Origin: an uncultured delta proteobacterium
Lineage (GTDB): Bacteria; Desulfobacterota; Binatia; UBA9968
Assembly (NCBI GenBank): GCA_963760795.1
Contig: CAVXEP010000007.1
Span: 32,001-96,000, forward strand
Length of the DNA: 64,000 bases
Direction: 5' to 3'
The notes under the pieces were generated by a model, which was not told the DNA's origin, searched no databases, and worked only from the letters and a program-made list of their open reading frames with translations. The translations under genes were made by a program, and so were the position numbers. Shown piece by piece: positions 20,347 through 29,664 of this stretch (position 1 is the first letter of the stretch; every line of letters begins with the position of its first letter).

Positions 20347-20369
20347 AGGGGCGACCGGCCGGTCGCCCT
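20347..20369. repeat. GTAG-type REP-like palindrome between convergent genes
   Basis: aggggcgaccggccggtcgccct. Confidence 0.75.
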
Positions 20370-20379
20370 CTTCTCGTTA

Positions 20380-21210
20380 CTACCCGCTGTGCTTCTTCAC
20401 CCATTCAAGAATGACCGCATTAGTCTCTTCCGGCGCCTGCCAGAAAAACCCATGGGACTGGCCCTTGAGCATTTTCATTTCGGCACCGCGGATGCGCTCC
20501 ATCAGCACTTGAGCTTGCGCCCGGTGATTGCTGCCAACCGTATCGGCCTCGCCGATCAGCACCAACGTCGGTGCCTGGACATCGCCGAGCCGGTGCGTGC
20601 CTTCGAAGTTGTGGCGCGCGATGCACAGATGAATGAACGGATCGAGCTTGGCGTGGGTCGCCCAGGCGACTTTGAAAAACGCTTCGACCTGATCGCGGTG
20701 CGCCGTGCGATAATCCTTGGTGAAAAATGTGTCCGACTCGACGATCTCATCGTAAATAAATTTCTCGAAGCCCATCTCGACCATGTCGTATACCAAGCGG
20801 TGCGGCAAACCCGGCACGCAATCCGAACCGGCCCGGCCCGCGGTACCGGAACCGCTCGCCGCCATAATCAGGCTTTTTACTTTGCCGGGAAAGTTTTGCG
20901 CCAGCGACAATGCGATGCGCCCGCCCATGGAGTGGCCGATGAAGTGGGCCGCCGGCAGTTTCAAATGATCCATCATCGCGACGATGTCCAAGGCCATCTG
21001 CTCGATGGTGTAAACAGATTGCGTCGGCACCGAGCGGCCGCAGCCGCGCGGATCGTGGAAGATCAATTGCAGAGAGTTAGCCAGCGGCATCTGCCAAGGC
21101 TTCCAGACCTCGCCGGAATAAGCCGTCGACGGCACGAAGATCAGCGGCTCTCCGTTGCCGTGGGTTTCGTAATAGAAATCGACACCGGTCGGTAGTTTTA
21201 CATTGGGCAT
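20380..21210 (-). CDS. Alpha/beta fold hydrolase (enol-lactone hydrolase-like)
   Basis: HDPRGCGRS, GHSMGG, PTLVLIGEAD, GQSHGFFWQ; SD aaggag before ATG 21210. Confidence 0.9.
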   Translation of the reverse strand: MPNVKLPTGVDFYYETHGNGEPLIFVPSTAYSGEVWKPWQMPLANSLQLIFHDPRGCGRSVPTQSVYTIEQMALDIVAMMDHLKLPAAHFIGHSMGGRIALSLAQNFPGKVKSLIMAASGSGTAGRAGSDCVPGLPHRLVYDMVEMGFEKFIYDEIVESDTFFTKDYRTAHRDQVEAFFKVAWATHAKLDPFIHLCIARHNFEGTHRLGDVQAPTLVLIGEADTVGSNHRAQAQVLMERIRGAEMKMLKGQSHGFFWQAPEETNAVILEWVKKHSG

Positions 21211-21253
21211 GGTGCGCTCCTTTGCCTGTGACTCAGCGGCTTCGGCCCATGAA

Positions 21254-21338
21254 AGATTTCTCGCTGCGCTCGAAATGACACAGCTAGCGTAGTTCATAGA
21301 GCGTCGGCATCTGTCATCCCGAACGCAGTGAGGGATCT
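21254..21338. repeat. REP doublet (TGTC-type inverted pair)
   Basis: agatttctcgctgcgctcgaaatgaca is the near reverse complement of tgtcatcccgaacgcagtgagggatct. Confidence 0.75.
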
Positions 21339-22312
21339 AGTATTGAACTCTTCACTTCGCCGCGCGCTTTATAAAACCCTTCCTTCTCCAACTGCGCGAC
21401 AAAGCGCGTGTCGAGAAAATCCTCCGGCTTAGCCGTCTTGGCCTTGGGCTCGGTGGGCAGCAACTCGCCGATGATCGTCTCCATGCCTCTGCGCGTCACG
21501 TACGGGATCGTCTCGATGTAAGCGCGCGCTTCGCCGTAGGTCGCTTCGAGAATCTCCGGATCTTTGATGCGCGCGTATTTTTGAATCGCGCGGATGCCGG
21601 CGGCTTTGTTCGCCTTCAAAAACTGCACGCCTTCGCTGTAGCCGCGGATGAAACGGCGCGTCATCTCTTCGTTGGCCTTGATGAACGACCGGGTCGAACC
21701 GAGGGCGACGGACACATACTCTGGGCCGTCCTTGGTCACGTCCATCAATTCGCTCAAGCCGGCTTTACGGGCGCGGAAATTAGTCGGCGGTGACAGCGCG
21801 CCGGCATCGACCTGACCAGCGACCATCGCGGTAAAGATATTCGGCACGTCGACCAATTGCAGCATCTGATACTCTTCCGGCTTGATGCCGGCGTTGTTCA
21901 TCACCCAAAGCGTCACGCTATGGGTCGACGAGCCGAGCCGCGTAATGCCGATTTTCTTGCCGCGCATTTCAGCAAAGCTCTTGATCTCCGGCCGTGCCAT
22001 GAACGAGAACACCAAGCGATTGGCGACGCCGGCAATAATCGCGACGTCGGCGCCCTTGAGCGCTGCCGTGACCGAATTGCGGCCGTCCATGTAGGAATAG
22101 TGAAGCTCACCCGCGAGCATGACTTGAATCGCCCGCGAGGTCGACGGGATATGCACCAACTCGACTTCAAGGCCGTTCTTCTTGAACAACCCTTCCTCCT
22201 GCGCCACCCAAGTGCCGCTCATGTTGCTGGCGAACGAAGTCCACGCCACCCGCGCCTTCATCTGCGCCCAGCCGGCGCTCGGCAAGAGCATTAACGCCAG
22301 CGCAGAGATCAA
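21314..22312 (-). CDS. ABC substrate-binding protein, NMT1/SsuA-like (both ends probably frameshifted)
   Basis: WVAQEEGLFKKNGLEVE, RGKKIGITRLGS, FLDTRFVAQLEKEGFY; likely true ATG at 22365 and stop near 21352. Confidence 0.88.
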   Translation of the reverse strand: MISALALMLLPSAGWAQMKARVAWTSFASNMSGTWVAQEEGLFKKNGLEVELVHIPSTSRAIQVMLAGELHYSYMDGRNSVTAALKGADVAIIAGVANRLVFSFMARPEIKSFAEMRGKKIGITRLGSSTHSVTLWVMNNAGIKPEEYQMLQLVDVPNIFTAMVAGQVDAGALSPPTNFRARKAGLSELMDVTKDGPEYVSVALGSTRSFIKANEEMTRRFIRGYSEGVQFLKANKAAGIRAIQKYARIKDPEILEATYGEARAYIETIPYVTRRGMETIIGELLPTEPKAKTAKPEDFLDTRFVAQLEKEGFYKARGEVKSSILDPSLRSG

Positions 22313-22375
22313 CGCAACGGAGCAACATTTTGAGACAGCATCATCGGCATTCCCGGCCTTTTCATAAATAAAGAT

Positions 22376-22511
22376 TTAGCCGCAAAGAACGCAGAAGGCG
22401 CAAACCCTCATCGAATTATCCGCAGCGAAGGGCTGGCAACCTCCCCCGTTCTCCGGTGGAAGCTAAGATGGAAATCCGGCCTTGAACTTTGAACTTTTGA
22501 ACCCTTGAACC
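22376..22511. repeat. CGCAAAG nonamer arm plus TTGAAC tandem arm
   Basis: ttagccgcaaagaacgcagaaggcgcaaa at 22376 and ccttgaactttgaacttttgaacccttgaacc at 22480. Confidence 0.7.
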
Positions 22512-22534
22512 GCGCGGCGCAAAAAGTGCCGCGC

Positions 22535-23533
22535 TTAATTCGGCAACCAGCACACCGCAGCGATCTCGCTCAGCTCTCTTCTCAACTTCGTCCACGACGC
22601 GCCGCCGTCGTCGCTGCGGTAAAGATATCCGTAGCGGCTCGCGGCAAAAATAACATTCGGGTCGTCGGAATTGTTCGCAAACGTCCACATGGTCGAGTTG
22701 GGTTCCTGCGGCAGCGGCAGAAGCTTCCAGCTCTTACAAAAGTCATCGCTTTGCGCGATTGCGCCGGAGGTTCCCGGCGTGAAATCGCCGAAGCTCACCA
22801 AGATTTTCTTCGGATTGGCCGGGTCTACGGAAATGCCGCGCAGATAGTTTTCTTTGCGCGGATAATCCCACGGCAGACACTTTTGCATGTCGCGCGGCTC
22901 CCAGCTCTTGCCGTTATCCGTGCTCGCATAGATCTCCCGGTTGGCCATGACGAATGCCGTCTTGGGCGGACCGGCGCTGACCGCGACGTTGTGAATATCG
23001 CGCCGTCCGGTCACTTCGACGATGCTCCAGGTATCGCCGCCGTCGCTGCTATGACGGGCGCCGTCGACTTCGAGACCCGCCCAGATATGGTTGGGCTCGA
23101 CGGGATCGACGGCGATGCCGGTGAACCTTGGCGTGCCGACCGCCTCGCATTCCGTTGCCACTTCCACCGGCCGTTTGTCGAAACTGCGGCCGCCATCCTT
23201 CGAACGAAACAGCATCGCCGGCGTCGGCGTGCCGGTGCCGACAAACATGTTATCCGGATTCACCGGATCGATGCCGATCGCCCAGACATAGTGCGGATTG
23301 AGCGCCGAGTCGAGGTACTGCCAATTGGCGCCGCCGTCGGCGCTGCGATAAAGCCCGCGCTCGGTACCGGCAAAGAGAATATTGTGCTGCTTCGGATTCA
23401 TCGCGATGCAGCGCACCGAAGCCTCGTAGGCAAATCCCCGCCGCGGCCCGATGCGCGCCCAAGTCTGGCCATTATCCTCGCTGCGCATGATGCTCTGTCC
23501 GATAGTTCCGACAACGATAGTTACGTCTCGCAT
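22535..23533 (-). CDS. BNR/Asp-box repeat beta-propeller protein (WD40/YVTN/YCF48-like)
   Basis: Seven S-x-D-x-G-x-x-W/F-like boxes (SEDNGQTW, SADGGANW, SKDGGRSF, SSDGGDTW, STDNGKSW, SDDFCKSW, SDDGGASW). Confidence 0.88.
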   Translation of the reverse strand: MRDVTIVVGTIGQSIMRSEDNGQTWARIGPRRGFAYEASVRCIAMNPKQHNILFAGTERGLYRSADGGANWQYLDSALNPHYVWAIGIDPVNPDNMFVGTGTPTPAMLFRSKDGGRSFDKRPVEVATECEAVGTPRFTGIAVDPVEPNHIWAGLEVDGARHSSDGGDTWSIVEVTGRRDIHNVAVSAGPPKTAFVMANREIYASTDNGKSWEPRDMQKCLPWDYPRKENYLRGISVDPANPKKILVSFGDFTPGTSGAIAQSDDFCKSWKLLPLPQEPNSTMWTFANNSDDPNVIFAASRYGYLYRSDDGGASWTKLRRELSEIAAVCWLPN

Positions 23534-23550
23534 ATTTCCTCCGAAAACGA

Positions 23551-23585
23551 CTTGAACGTTTTGAACTGCTTGAACGATTTAAACG
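23551..23585. repeat. TTGAACNNN 9-mer tandem repeat
   Basis: cttgaacgttttgaactgcttgaacgatttaaacg. Confidence 0.75.
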
Positions 23586-23588
23586 AGT

Positions 23589-24569
23589 CTATACGTTGAC
23601 CCGGTGCATATCCTTGGTCCGCGGTCCCGCCGCCGCTCCCGGCGGAAAGATTGCGTCGAGCCGTGCTAAATCTTCTTTGGTTAATTTTATCGCCGTCGCT
23701 TTGATGTTCTCTTCCAAATGCGCCCGCGTCTTATTGCTGGGGATCGGAATCACGTCACTTCCCTGAGCCATCAACCACGCCAGCGCCAGTTGCGCCGACG
23801 TGCAATGCTTCTCGCGCGCCATCTCTTCGAATCGCGCCAGCAGCGCCAGATTCTTTGCCAGATTATCGCCTTGAAATCGTGGGTGATTGATCCGGCCGTC
23901 GCCGTCGCTCATGTCTTTGGCATCATGCACAGCGCCGCCGAAAAAGCCGCGGCCAAGCGGCGAGTAGGCCATGAAGCCCATATTGAATTCGCGGCAGGCC
24001 TGCACGTTGCCGCCTTCGGGATCGCGCGACCACAGCGAATATTCCATCTGCAGAGAAACGATCGGATGAACCTTGCGCGCGCGCCGGATCGAGTTAGCGC
24101 TCGCTTCCGAAAGGCCGATATAGCGAGTCAGGCCGCGCTCCACCAGTTTCGCCATGGCGCCCACCGACTCTTCGACGGGAATATCCGGATCGACCCGCGA
24201 CATGCAGAAAACATCGAGGGCATCGATCCCCAACCGCTTCACGCTTTGCTCGCAGTTCTGGGTTAAATATTCCGGCGTGCTGCCGCTGCGATTACCCGTG
24301 GCATCCGGCGCGCGCGGGCTGCCGGATTTGGAATGAATGACGATGCGCTCGCGCCGCCCTTGCAGCGCCTTGTTGATCAACTCATGGTTGTGACCCTGGC
24401 CATAGCTTGCCGAGGTATCGAGAAAGTTGATGCCGAGATCGAACGCCTTATGCAGCGTCGCGATCGATTCGTTATCGTCCGCCGGCCCATAGGCGCCAGA
24501 CATACTCATGCAGCCCAAAGCTAAGCGCGAGACTTTGAATTCCGTCGAGCCGAATTGAACGTAATCCAT
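23589..24569 (-). CDS. Aldo/keto reductase
   Basis: LGCMSMSGAYG, DTSASYG, SVKRLGID, YIGLSEAS, LQMEYSLW, AYSPLGRG, AQLALAW. Confidence 0.93.
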   Translation of the reverse strand: MDYVQFGSTEFKVSRLALGCMSMSGAYGPADDNESIATLHKAFDLGINFLDTSASYGQGHNHELINKALQGRRERIVIHSKSGSPRAPDATGNRSGSTPEYLTQNCEQSVKRLGIDALDVFCMSRVDPDIPVEESVGAMAKLVERGLTRYIGLSEASANSIRRARKVHPIVSLQMEYSLWSRDPEGGNVQACREFNMGFMAYSPLGRGFFGGAVHDAKDMSDGDGRINHPRFQGDNLAKNLALLARFEEMAREKHCTSAQLALAWLMAQGSDVIPIPSNKTRAHLEENIKATAIKLTKEDLARLDAIFPPGAAAGPRTKDMHRVNV

Positions 24570-24624
24570 ACTTCCTCCGTATCGAGTTCAGAGTTACCGC
24601 AGGTGGACGGACCAAGTCAAACCG

Positions 24625-25653
24625 CTATTTCCCCAACAACTTCTTCATCCGCTCGATCACCTCAGCGTCTTTCGTGATCACCTCCTTGGCGAGCCGCTCC
24701 AGCTCTTCGCCAGAAGTGTATTCGATGTCGATGCGGCGCTTCTTGGCGTCAAACAAGAGTTCCGGGTCATTGAGCGTGCGCATGAACGCTTCGCGCATGA
24801 TCTTTGTATACTCGGGAGGCGTCGCCGGTGGCATGACATAGGGACGGCCGAAGGAATTGGACGCGATCAACAAATTCGCCAGCTTCTTGATCTGCTCCGG
24901 CGCTTTGAACTCATCGAGCAGCTCATAGACTGTCGGCACGTCGGCGAGGCGCGCGTCGCGCTTGCGATGGCTCTGCACCACGGCACGGGCAAAGCCGGTC
25001 TTGCGCCAGTTGGCGTAGAGGTCGCCGGTGAACCAACCGGCGATGGTAAAGGCGCGGCACTGCACTTCGTTGCGCTCCACCGCCAGATCGATTTCTGGTC
25101 CGCCCGGATAACCGGTGACGACGTGGAACTTCGTGCCGATACCGTCGTTCAATAGCGTCGGCAAATAGTGGCTGGTTGTGCCGGTGCCGGTCGATCCGCA
25201 CTTCGGACCTTCAGCAGCCTTGCGCACGTCAGCCACGGTCTTGAACGGCGCGTCGCCGCGTAGATACATCAAATCTTCAGAGCGATCCGGGCTGCCGATG
25301 TAAATATATTTCGACCAGTCGAACTGGACATCTTTGTTGCCGCCCAGTTGATTGAAGTACAGCGCCGCATTGACGGTGCCGAACGTCAAGCCGTCGGGCT
25401 TGGCCACCGAGTAAACATAGTTCGCGCCGACAATATTGCCGCCGCCCGGCATGTTTTGCACGACCACTTCCGGTTTCCCTGGAATATGCTTGCCGATATA
25501 TTGCGCCACCAACCGGCCATAGAGGTCGTAGTTACTGCCCGCCGTGCTGCTGACGATCAGTCGAACCGTCTTGCCTTGATAGTACGGGACTTGGCCATGA
25601 ACCATCGCCGTAGACGATAAAATAACCAACAGGACTAGAACAAAACGGTTCAT
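24625..25653 (-). CDS. Bug/TctC family substrate-binding protein
   Basis: YYQGKTVRLIV, QNMPGGG, AKPDGLT, KCGSTG, GYPGGPEIDLAVERNEV. Confidence 0.9.
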   Translation of the reverse strand: MNRFVLVLLVILSSTAMVHGQVPYYQGKTVRLIVSSTAGSNYDLYGRLVAQYIGKHIPGKPEVVVQNMPGGGNIVGANYVYSVAKPDGLTFGTVNAALYFNQLGGNKDVQFDWSKYIYIGSPDRSEDLMYLRGDAPFKTVADVRKAAEGPKCGSTGTGTTSHYLPTLLNDGIGTKFHVVTGYPGGPEIDLAVERNEVQCRAFTIAGWFTGDLYANWRKTGFARAVVQSHRKRDARLADVPTVYELLDEFKAPEQIKKLANLLIASNSFGRPYVMPPATPPEYTKIMREAFMRTLNDPELLFDAKKRRIDIEYTSGEELERLAKEVITKDAEVIERMKKLLGK

Positions 25654-25703
25654 CACATTCTCCTTTTCGTACATGGACCCCGTAGGAGAGTCTCGTATCA
25701 AGA

Positions 25704-25732
25704 TTGACAGCTCCGGGCAATCTCATTAGAAC
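25704..25732 (+). promoter_or_regulatory. Putative sigma70 promoter
   Basis: TTGACA-17nt-TAGAAC upstream of ATG 25809. Confidence 0.4.
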
Positions 25733-25808
25733 GGGAACCATTGCACAGTGGAGTGATGCGCGGCCGGCAACGGCCGCGAGTACCGGCGGAACAAACCAGG
25801 AGAACCCG

Positions 25809-26816
25809 ATGAGAAAACAGTTGTCGCTCCACCTCGTGCTGGCATTGCTGGTCTGGTTCGCGCCACGGACCGCCAACGCTGCCGAGAAACTCGATAAGGT
25901 TCGCTTCACCTACGCGCCGCTGTCCGCCAGTGGATTTCTCTGGTTCATCGCCAAAGACGCCGGCTATTTCGAGAAAAACCGCCTCGATGTCGACATGTAT
26001 TTCGAAGGCGCATCGCCGATCATGGTGCAGTCTATTCTCGCCGGCGAGAATCAGCTCGCCGGCGGCTTGGGGCCGACCGTAGTCACTAACGTCTTACAGG
26101 GAGGAGATGTCATCCCGGTCGCCTGTATCACGCATACGTTTACCACCCCGATGTACGTCCAACCTTCGATCACTACATTGCAACAGCTGCGCGGCAAGAA
26201 GATCGGCGTCAGCCGCATCGGCGCGGTGTCCCATTTGACCGCCGACTCGATCCTCCGCCGCGCCCGCGTCGGCGACGTGACGATTATTCAAACCGGCGGC
26301 ATTCCCGAGTCCATGGCTGCGGTCATGACCGGCAACGTCGATGGTGCTATGGTCAACCCGCCGAACAACATAATTCTTAGAGAAAAAGGCTTCCGCGAGC
26401 TGGTCGGCTCGAAACAACTGAAGGAAATGAATCTGCGTTTTCCCGAAAACGGCGTCATGGGCAAGCGATCCTGGGCCGAGAAAAATTCCGACGTCGTCAA
26501 ACGATTTATCAAATCCCTCGCCGAAGCCTTGAAGCGCATGCACGACGACAAAGATTTCGCGATGAAAACCTTGGGCAAATACACCAAGGTCACCGACACA
26601 AAAATTCTCGAAGAAAGCTACCGCTTCGGCATCGACAGTTTCTTCAAGGACTTCAAAACCCCGCCCGACGGCATCCGCCTCATGGTCGACCAGCTGGCCT
26701 CCTCGCGCATGATCGACGCCAACCTGGCGCAGAAAACCCCGCTCACCGCCTACTATGAAAATCGCTACGTCGAAGAGCTGGAGCGAGAAGGTTTTTTCAA
26801 GAAGCTGTGGCAGTAG
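25809..26816 (+). CDS. ABC substrate-binding protein, NMT1/SsuA-like
   Basis: Signal peptide, IAKDAGYFEKNRLDV, LRGKKIGVSRIG, VEELEREGFFKKLW; SD aggag. Confidence 0.9.
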   Translation: MRKQLSLHLVLALLVWFAPRTANAAEKLDKVRFTYAPLSASGFLWFIAKDAGYFEKNRLDVDMYFEGASPIMVQSILAGENQLAGGLGPTVVTNVLQGGDVIPVACITHTFTTPMYVQPSITTLQQLRGKKIGVSRIGAVSHLTADSILRRARVGDVTIIQTGGIPESMAAVMTGNVDGAMVNPPNNIILREKGFRELVGSKQLKEMNLRFPENGVMGKRSWAEKNSDVVKRFIKSLAEALKRMHDDKDFAMKTLGKYTKVTDTKILEESYRFGIDSFFKDFKTPPDGIRLMVDQLASSRMIDANLAQKTPLTAYYENRYVEELEREGFFKKLWQ

Positions 26817-26874
26817 CGCAGTGGCTTGCGTATTTGCTGAATCAGAAATAGGTTCACTAAAATGCTCAGGCCAT

Positions 26875-26959
26875 CCCCCTTTGGAAAAGGGGGACTGAGG
26901 GGGATTTAAATTCTGCGCGCATAAGAAAATCCCCCCTTCCCCCCTTTTCCAAAGGGGGG
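26875..26959. repeat. C/G-tract inverted repeat element (second copy), inside degenerate outer inverted repeats
   Basis: ccccctttggaaaagggggactgagggggattt ... aaatccccccttcccccttttccaaagggggg. Confidence 0.85.
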
Positions 26960-27049
26960 TTCATGAGGACCCATGCTGCAAATTGTTCAACGAACTTCTG
27001 AGTCAGGACACAAGTTCGTAGGCACAAGGCAACCCGAATTGAGATCCAG

Positions 27050-28036
27050 ATGACAGGTCGTTTTCTTATCGTAAACATCATGCTGGTGCTGGCGCTAGTC
27101 ACGCAACCGGCGCCCGCCCAGGACAAACCGAAAATCTATGTCGGCCCGTCAAGCAAGACCCTCGGCTACAGTCCACTGTGGGTCGGCTCGAAGAAAGGGT
27201 TTTTCGAGCAGCAGGGATTGGACGTGCAAGTGGTGGTGCTGCGCGGCATGCCGATGGTCGTCCAAGCCCTGGCGGCAGGATCGATCCACTTCGGTTCCGG
27301 CGGGCCCGAGCCGTTCATGGAGTCGAGCGACCGCGGCCTCGATTTCATCATCACCGGCGGCGTCATAAACGGCATGACAGCGGCCATCGTCGCCGGCAAG
27401 AAATATAAAAGCTTCGAAGATTTGCGCGGCACGACGGTGGGTTCGTCTTCATTGACCGGCGGCACCGTCACCGCCTTTCGCGAGGCAATGAAACAGAAAG
27501 GACTCGAATATCCCCGCGACTACAAGATCCTAGTGGTCGCCGGCGGTTCGTCCGGCAATCTCGCAGCGCTCCAATCCGGCCAGATCTCCGCCACGACGGT
27601 CGCCGTGCCGCTCAACTACGCCGCCGAGGAACTGGGATTTCATAGCATCGGCCGTCTGCTCGACGCCGTCCCGCAGTTTCAATCGGCGGCGTTGGCCACG
27701 CGCCGTTCCTGGGCCGAGAAAAATCGCCCGCTCATGGTGCGCTTCATGAAAGGCATGGTGCAGTCGCTGCGCTGGATGCACAACAACAAAGATGCCACGG
27801 TGGAGTTCTTGACCAAGGAGATCCAGCTAAAACCAGTCCACGCCTTGAAAGGCTGGGAGTACTATACACAAAACCGCATCTGGCCCTACGACGGCGAACC
27901 CAACATGGAAGGCATGAAACACAACATTCGGGTCTACTATGAACAGACCGGCGCCAAAGCCCCGGTGCCGGATGTGTCTAAGTTTGTCGAGATGAGTTAT
28001 CTCAACGACGCGCTGAAAGAAATGGGAAAGCGGTAA
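27050..28036 (+). CDS. ABC substrate-binding protein, NMT1/SsuA-like
   Basis: Signal peptide, WVGSKKGFFEQQGLDV, DLRGTTVG, FVEMSYLNDALKE. Confidence 0.9.
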   Translation: MTGRFLIVNIMLVLALVTQPAPAQDKPKIYVGPSSKTLGYSPLWVGSKKGFFEQQGLDVQVVVLRGMPMVVQALAAGSIHFGSGGPEPFMESSDRGLDFIITGGVINGMTAAIVAGKKYKSFEDLRGTTVGSSSLTGGTVTAFREAMKQKGLEYPRDYKILVVAGGSSGNLAALQSGQISATTVAVPLNYAAEELGFHSIGRLLDAVPQFQSAALATRRSWAEKNRPLMVRFMKGMVQSLRWMHNNKDATVEFLTKEIQLKPVHALKGWEYYTQNRIWPYDGEPNMEGMKHNIRVYYEQTGAKAPVPDVSKFVEMSYLNDALKEMGKR

Positions 28037-28094
28037 CAGTGAAGCGGAAGATTCCGATTCGCAGAGCGATCCCTTGCGTCGACAATACCGAACT

Positions 28095-28169
28095 TTCACT
28101 GCCATCTGTGAGAATCGTCACATTGACGAGTTAGAGCGAGAAGGGCTTTTAAAGAAGCTTTGCCAGTGA
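28095..28169 (+). pseudogene. Degenerate remnant of an SBP 3' end
   Basis: Translates FTAICENRHIDELEREGLLKKLCQ*, aligning with LTAYYENRYVEELEREGFFKKLWQ* of gene 25809..26816. Confidence 0.7.
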
Positions 28170-28237
28170 TGAACCTATTGGCGGTTGCGTCAGCCTACTT
28201 TGTAAGCTTGGCCAAATATTTGATATTGACGACTTTT

Positions 28238-28318
28238 CCGTCATACCGGCGAAAGCCGGTATCCAGGAGCGGTAGGGCGGGAGTAAAACGTGGATGCCGG
28301 CCTCCGCCGGCATGACGG
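28238..28318. repeat. CGTC-type REP doublet
   Basis: ccgtcataccggcgaaagccggtatcca ... tggatgccggcctccgccggcatgacgg; second copy at 37180. Confidence 0.85.
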
Positions 28319-28402
28319 ATCTTCGGTGTGCCGGCATGAGTACGATCTCAGCGATCTCTGAGCGAGATATCAATCTACTTCATTGCATTCGGAAGACTTC
28401 GG

Positions 28403-29479
28403 TTACATCCCCCTCACCGCCGGCATCACTTCCTCCGCGCACAATCGCATCGACTTCAGCACTCTATCCTGCGCCAAACTCCCAGACGCGATGTTGAGCA
28501 TGAGCTGTTCTGGATGCATCGCATCGACGTAGAATTTGATCTTCTCGACGCACTCCTCCGCCGTGCCCCAGACCGCCATGATGTTCGGCCACTCTGCTTC
28601 GACGGCTTTTCTGGCCTTTTCAGGCGTACAGAGTTTTTCGAAGGCTTCGCGTGAAGCGCTCTTGCTAGCGTAGGTTTGAATCTTTTCAGTCTCCACCGGA
28701 CGGCTCAGTCTGCCACGCAGAAACACATCCGCCTGGCTCGACAGCGCGAGGGCACCGTTTTCGATCGCCTCTTCGCGGTTTCGTGCGACATGGCAGTGAA
28801 TACCCAGAACGACGTCGCTCGATTTGCTCGCCGGCAAATTCTTTCGATAGGTCTCGGTCAAACCACGCACGAGATCGAAAGGAATACCCAAATAACCGGG
28901 CTGCACTAACCCTTGGCCAACCTTCCCCGCAAAGCTCGCGCTATCCGGCGTCGTTGCCGCCGCGGTGTAGATCGGCGGATGGGGCTGCTGCACCGGCGGC
29001 GGGCTCAGCTTGAAGTCACGGATCTGCCAGAAGTCGCCGTCGAGTTTTTCGATATAGTCGCCTTTGAAGATCTCGACCAGCATGCGGATGCCCTCTTCGA
29101 AGCGCGCGCTGCTGGTGGCGGCGTCGACGTTCATGCGATTGATCACCCAAGGATGGCCGCGGCCCAGGCCGAGCATGATTCTGCCTTCGGTTAATAAGTC
29201 AGCCGCAGCAACTTGGCTCGCCAACATCGCCGGATGGTGAATCGGCATGCTGATGATGCCGGTGAGAAAGCGAATCCGCCGCGCCCGCTGCGCCGCGGCG
29301 ACGTAAACTCCCAGGGGAAACGGCGAGCACGAGAACAAATCCTTGCCGTAACTCTCGGTGATCGAGAAGAAGTCGTAGCCAAGTTCATCGGCGACGGCGA
29401 TCTGCTCCAACACCTCCGCGTAAAGCTGATGCTCCGACTTGCCCGGATAGGAAAACTCGGTGAATAATCCGATCTTCAT
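28403..29479 (-). CDS. LLM class flavin-dependent oxidoreductase
   Basis: MKIGLF, ADELGYD, RIRFLTG, HHPAMLA, GRIMLGLGRG, PVQQPHPPIY. Confidence 0.9.
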   Translation of the reverse strand: MKIGLFTEFSYPGKSEHQLYAEVLEQIAVADELGYDFFSITESYGKDLFSCSPFPLGVYVAAAQRARRIRFLTGIISMPIHHPAMLASQVAAADLLTEGRIMLGLGRGHPWVINRMNVDAATSSARFEEGIRMLVEIFKGDYIEKLDGDFWQIRDFKLSPPPVQQPHPPIYTAAATTPDSASFAGKVGQGLVQPGYLGIPFDLVRGLTETYRKNLPASKSSDVVLGIHCHVARNREEAIENGALALSSQADVFLRGRLSRPVETEKIQTYASKSASREAFEKLCTPEKARKAVEAEWPNIMAVWGTAEECVEKIKFYVDAMHPEQLMLNIASGSLAQDRVLKSMRLCAEEVMPAVRGM

Positions 29480-29503
29480 TGGTGATTTGGCAGATAAGAC
29501 AAT

Positions 29504-29664
29504 GGCGGGCGATTATCCGCCCCTAGGGATTCCAATTCTTTTTTGCGTTCTTTGGACTCTTTGCGGTTAATTGTCCCCGTCCGCGGGCGGGTTTAATACC
29601 CGCCCTACGAATTCCCTTTGCGTCTTTTGCGTTATTTGCGGCCAACCGATCCGAGATCCCAACC
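29504..29664 (-). repeat. Composite element (two REP palindromes alternating with CGCAAA nonamer arms)
   Basis: ggcgggcgattatccgccct; ttttgcgttctttggactctttgcggtt; gggcgggtttaatacccgccctac; ctttgcgtcttttgcgttatttgcggcc; atccga. Confidence 0.8.
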
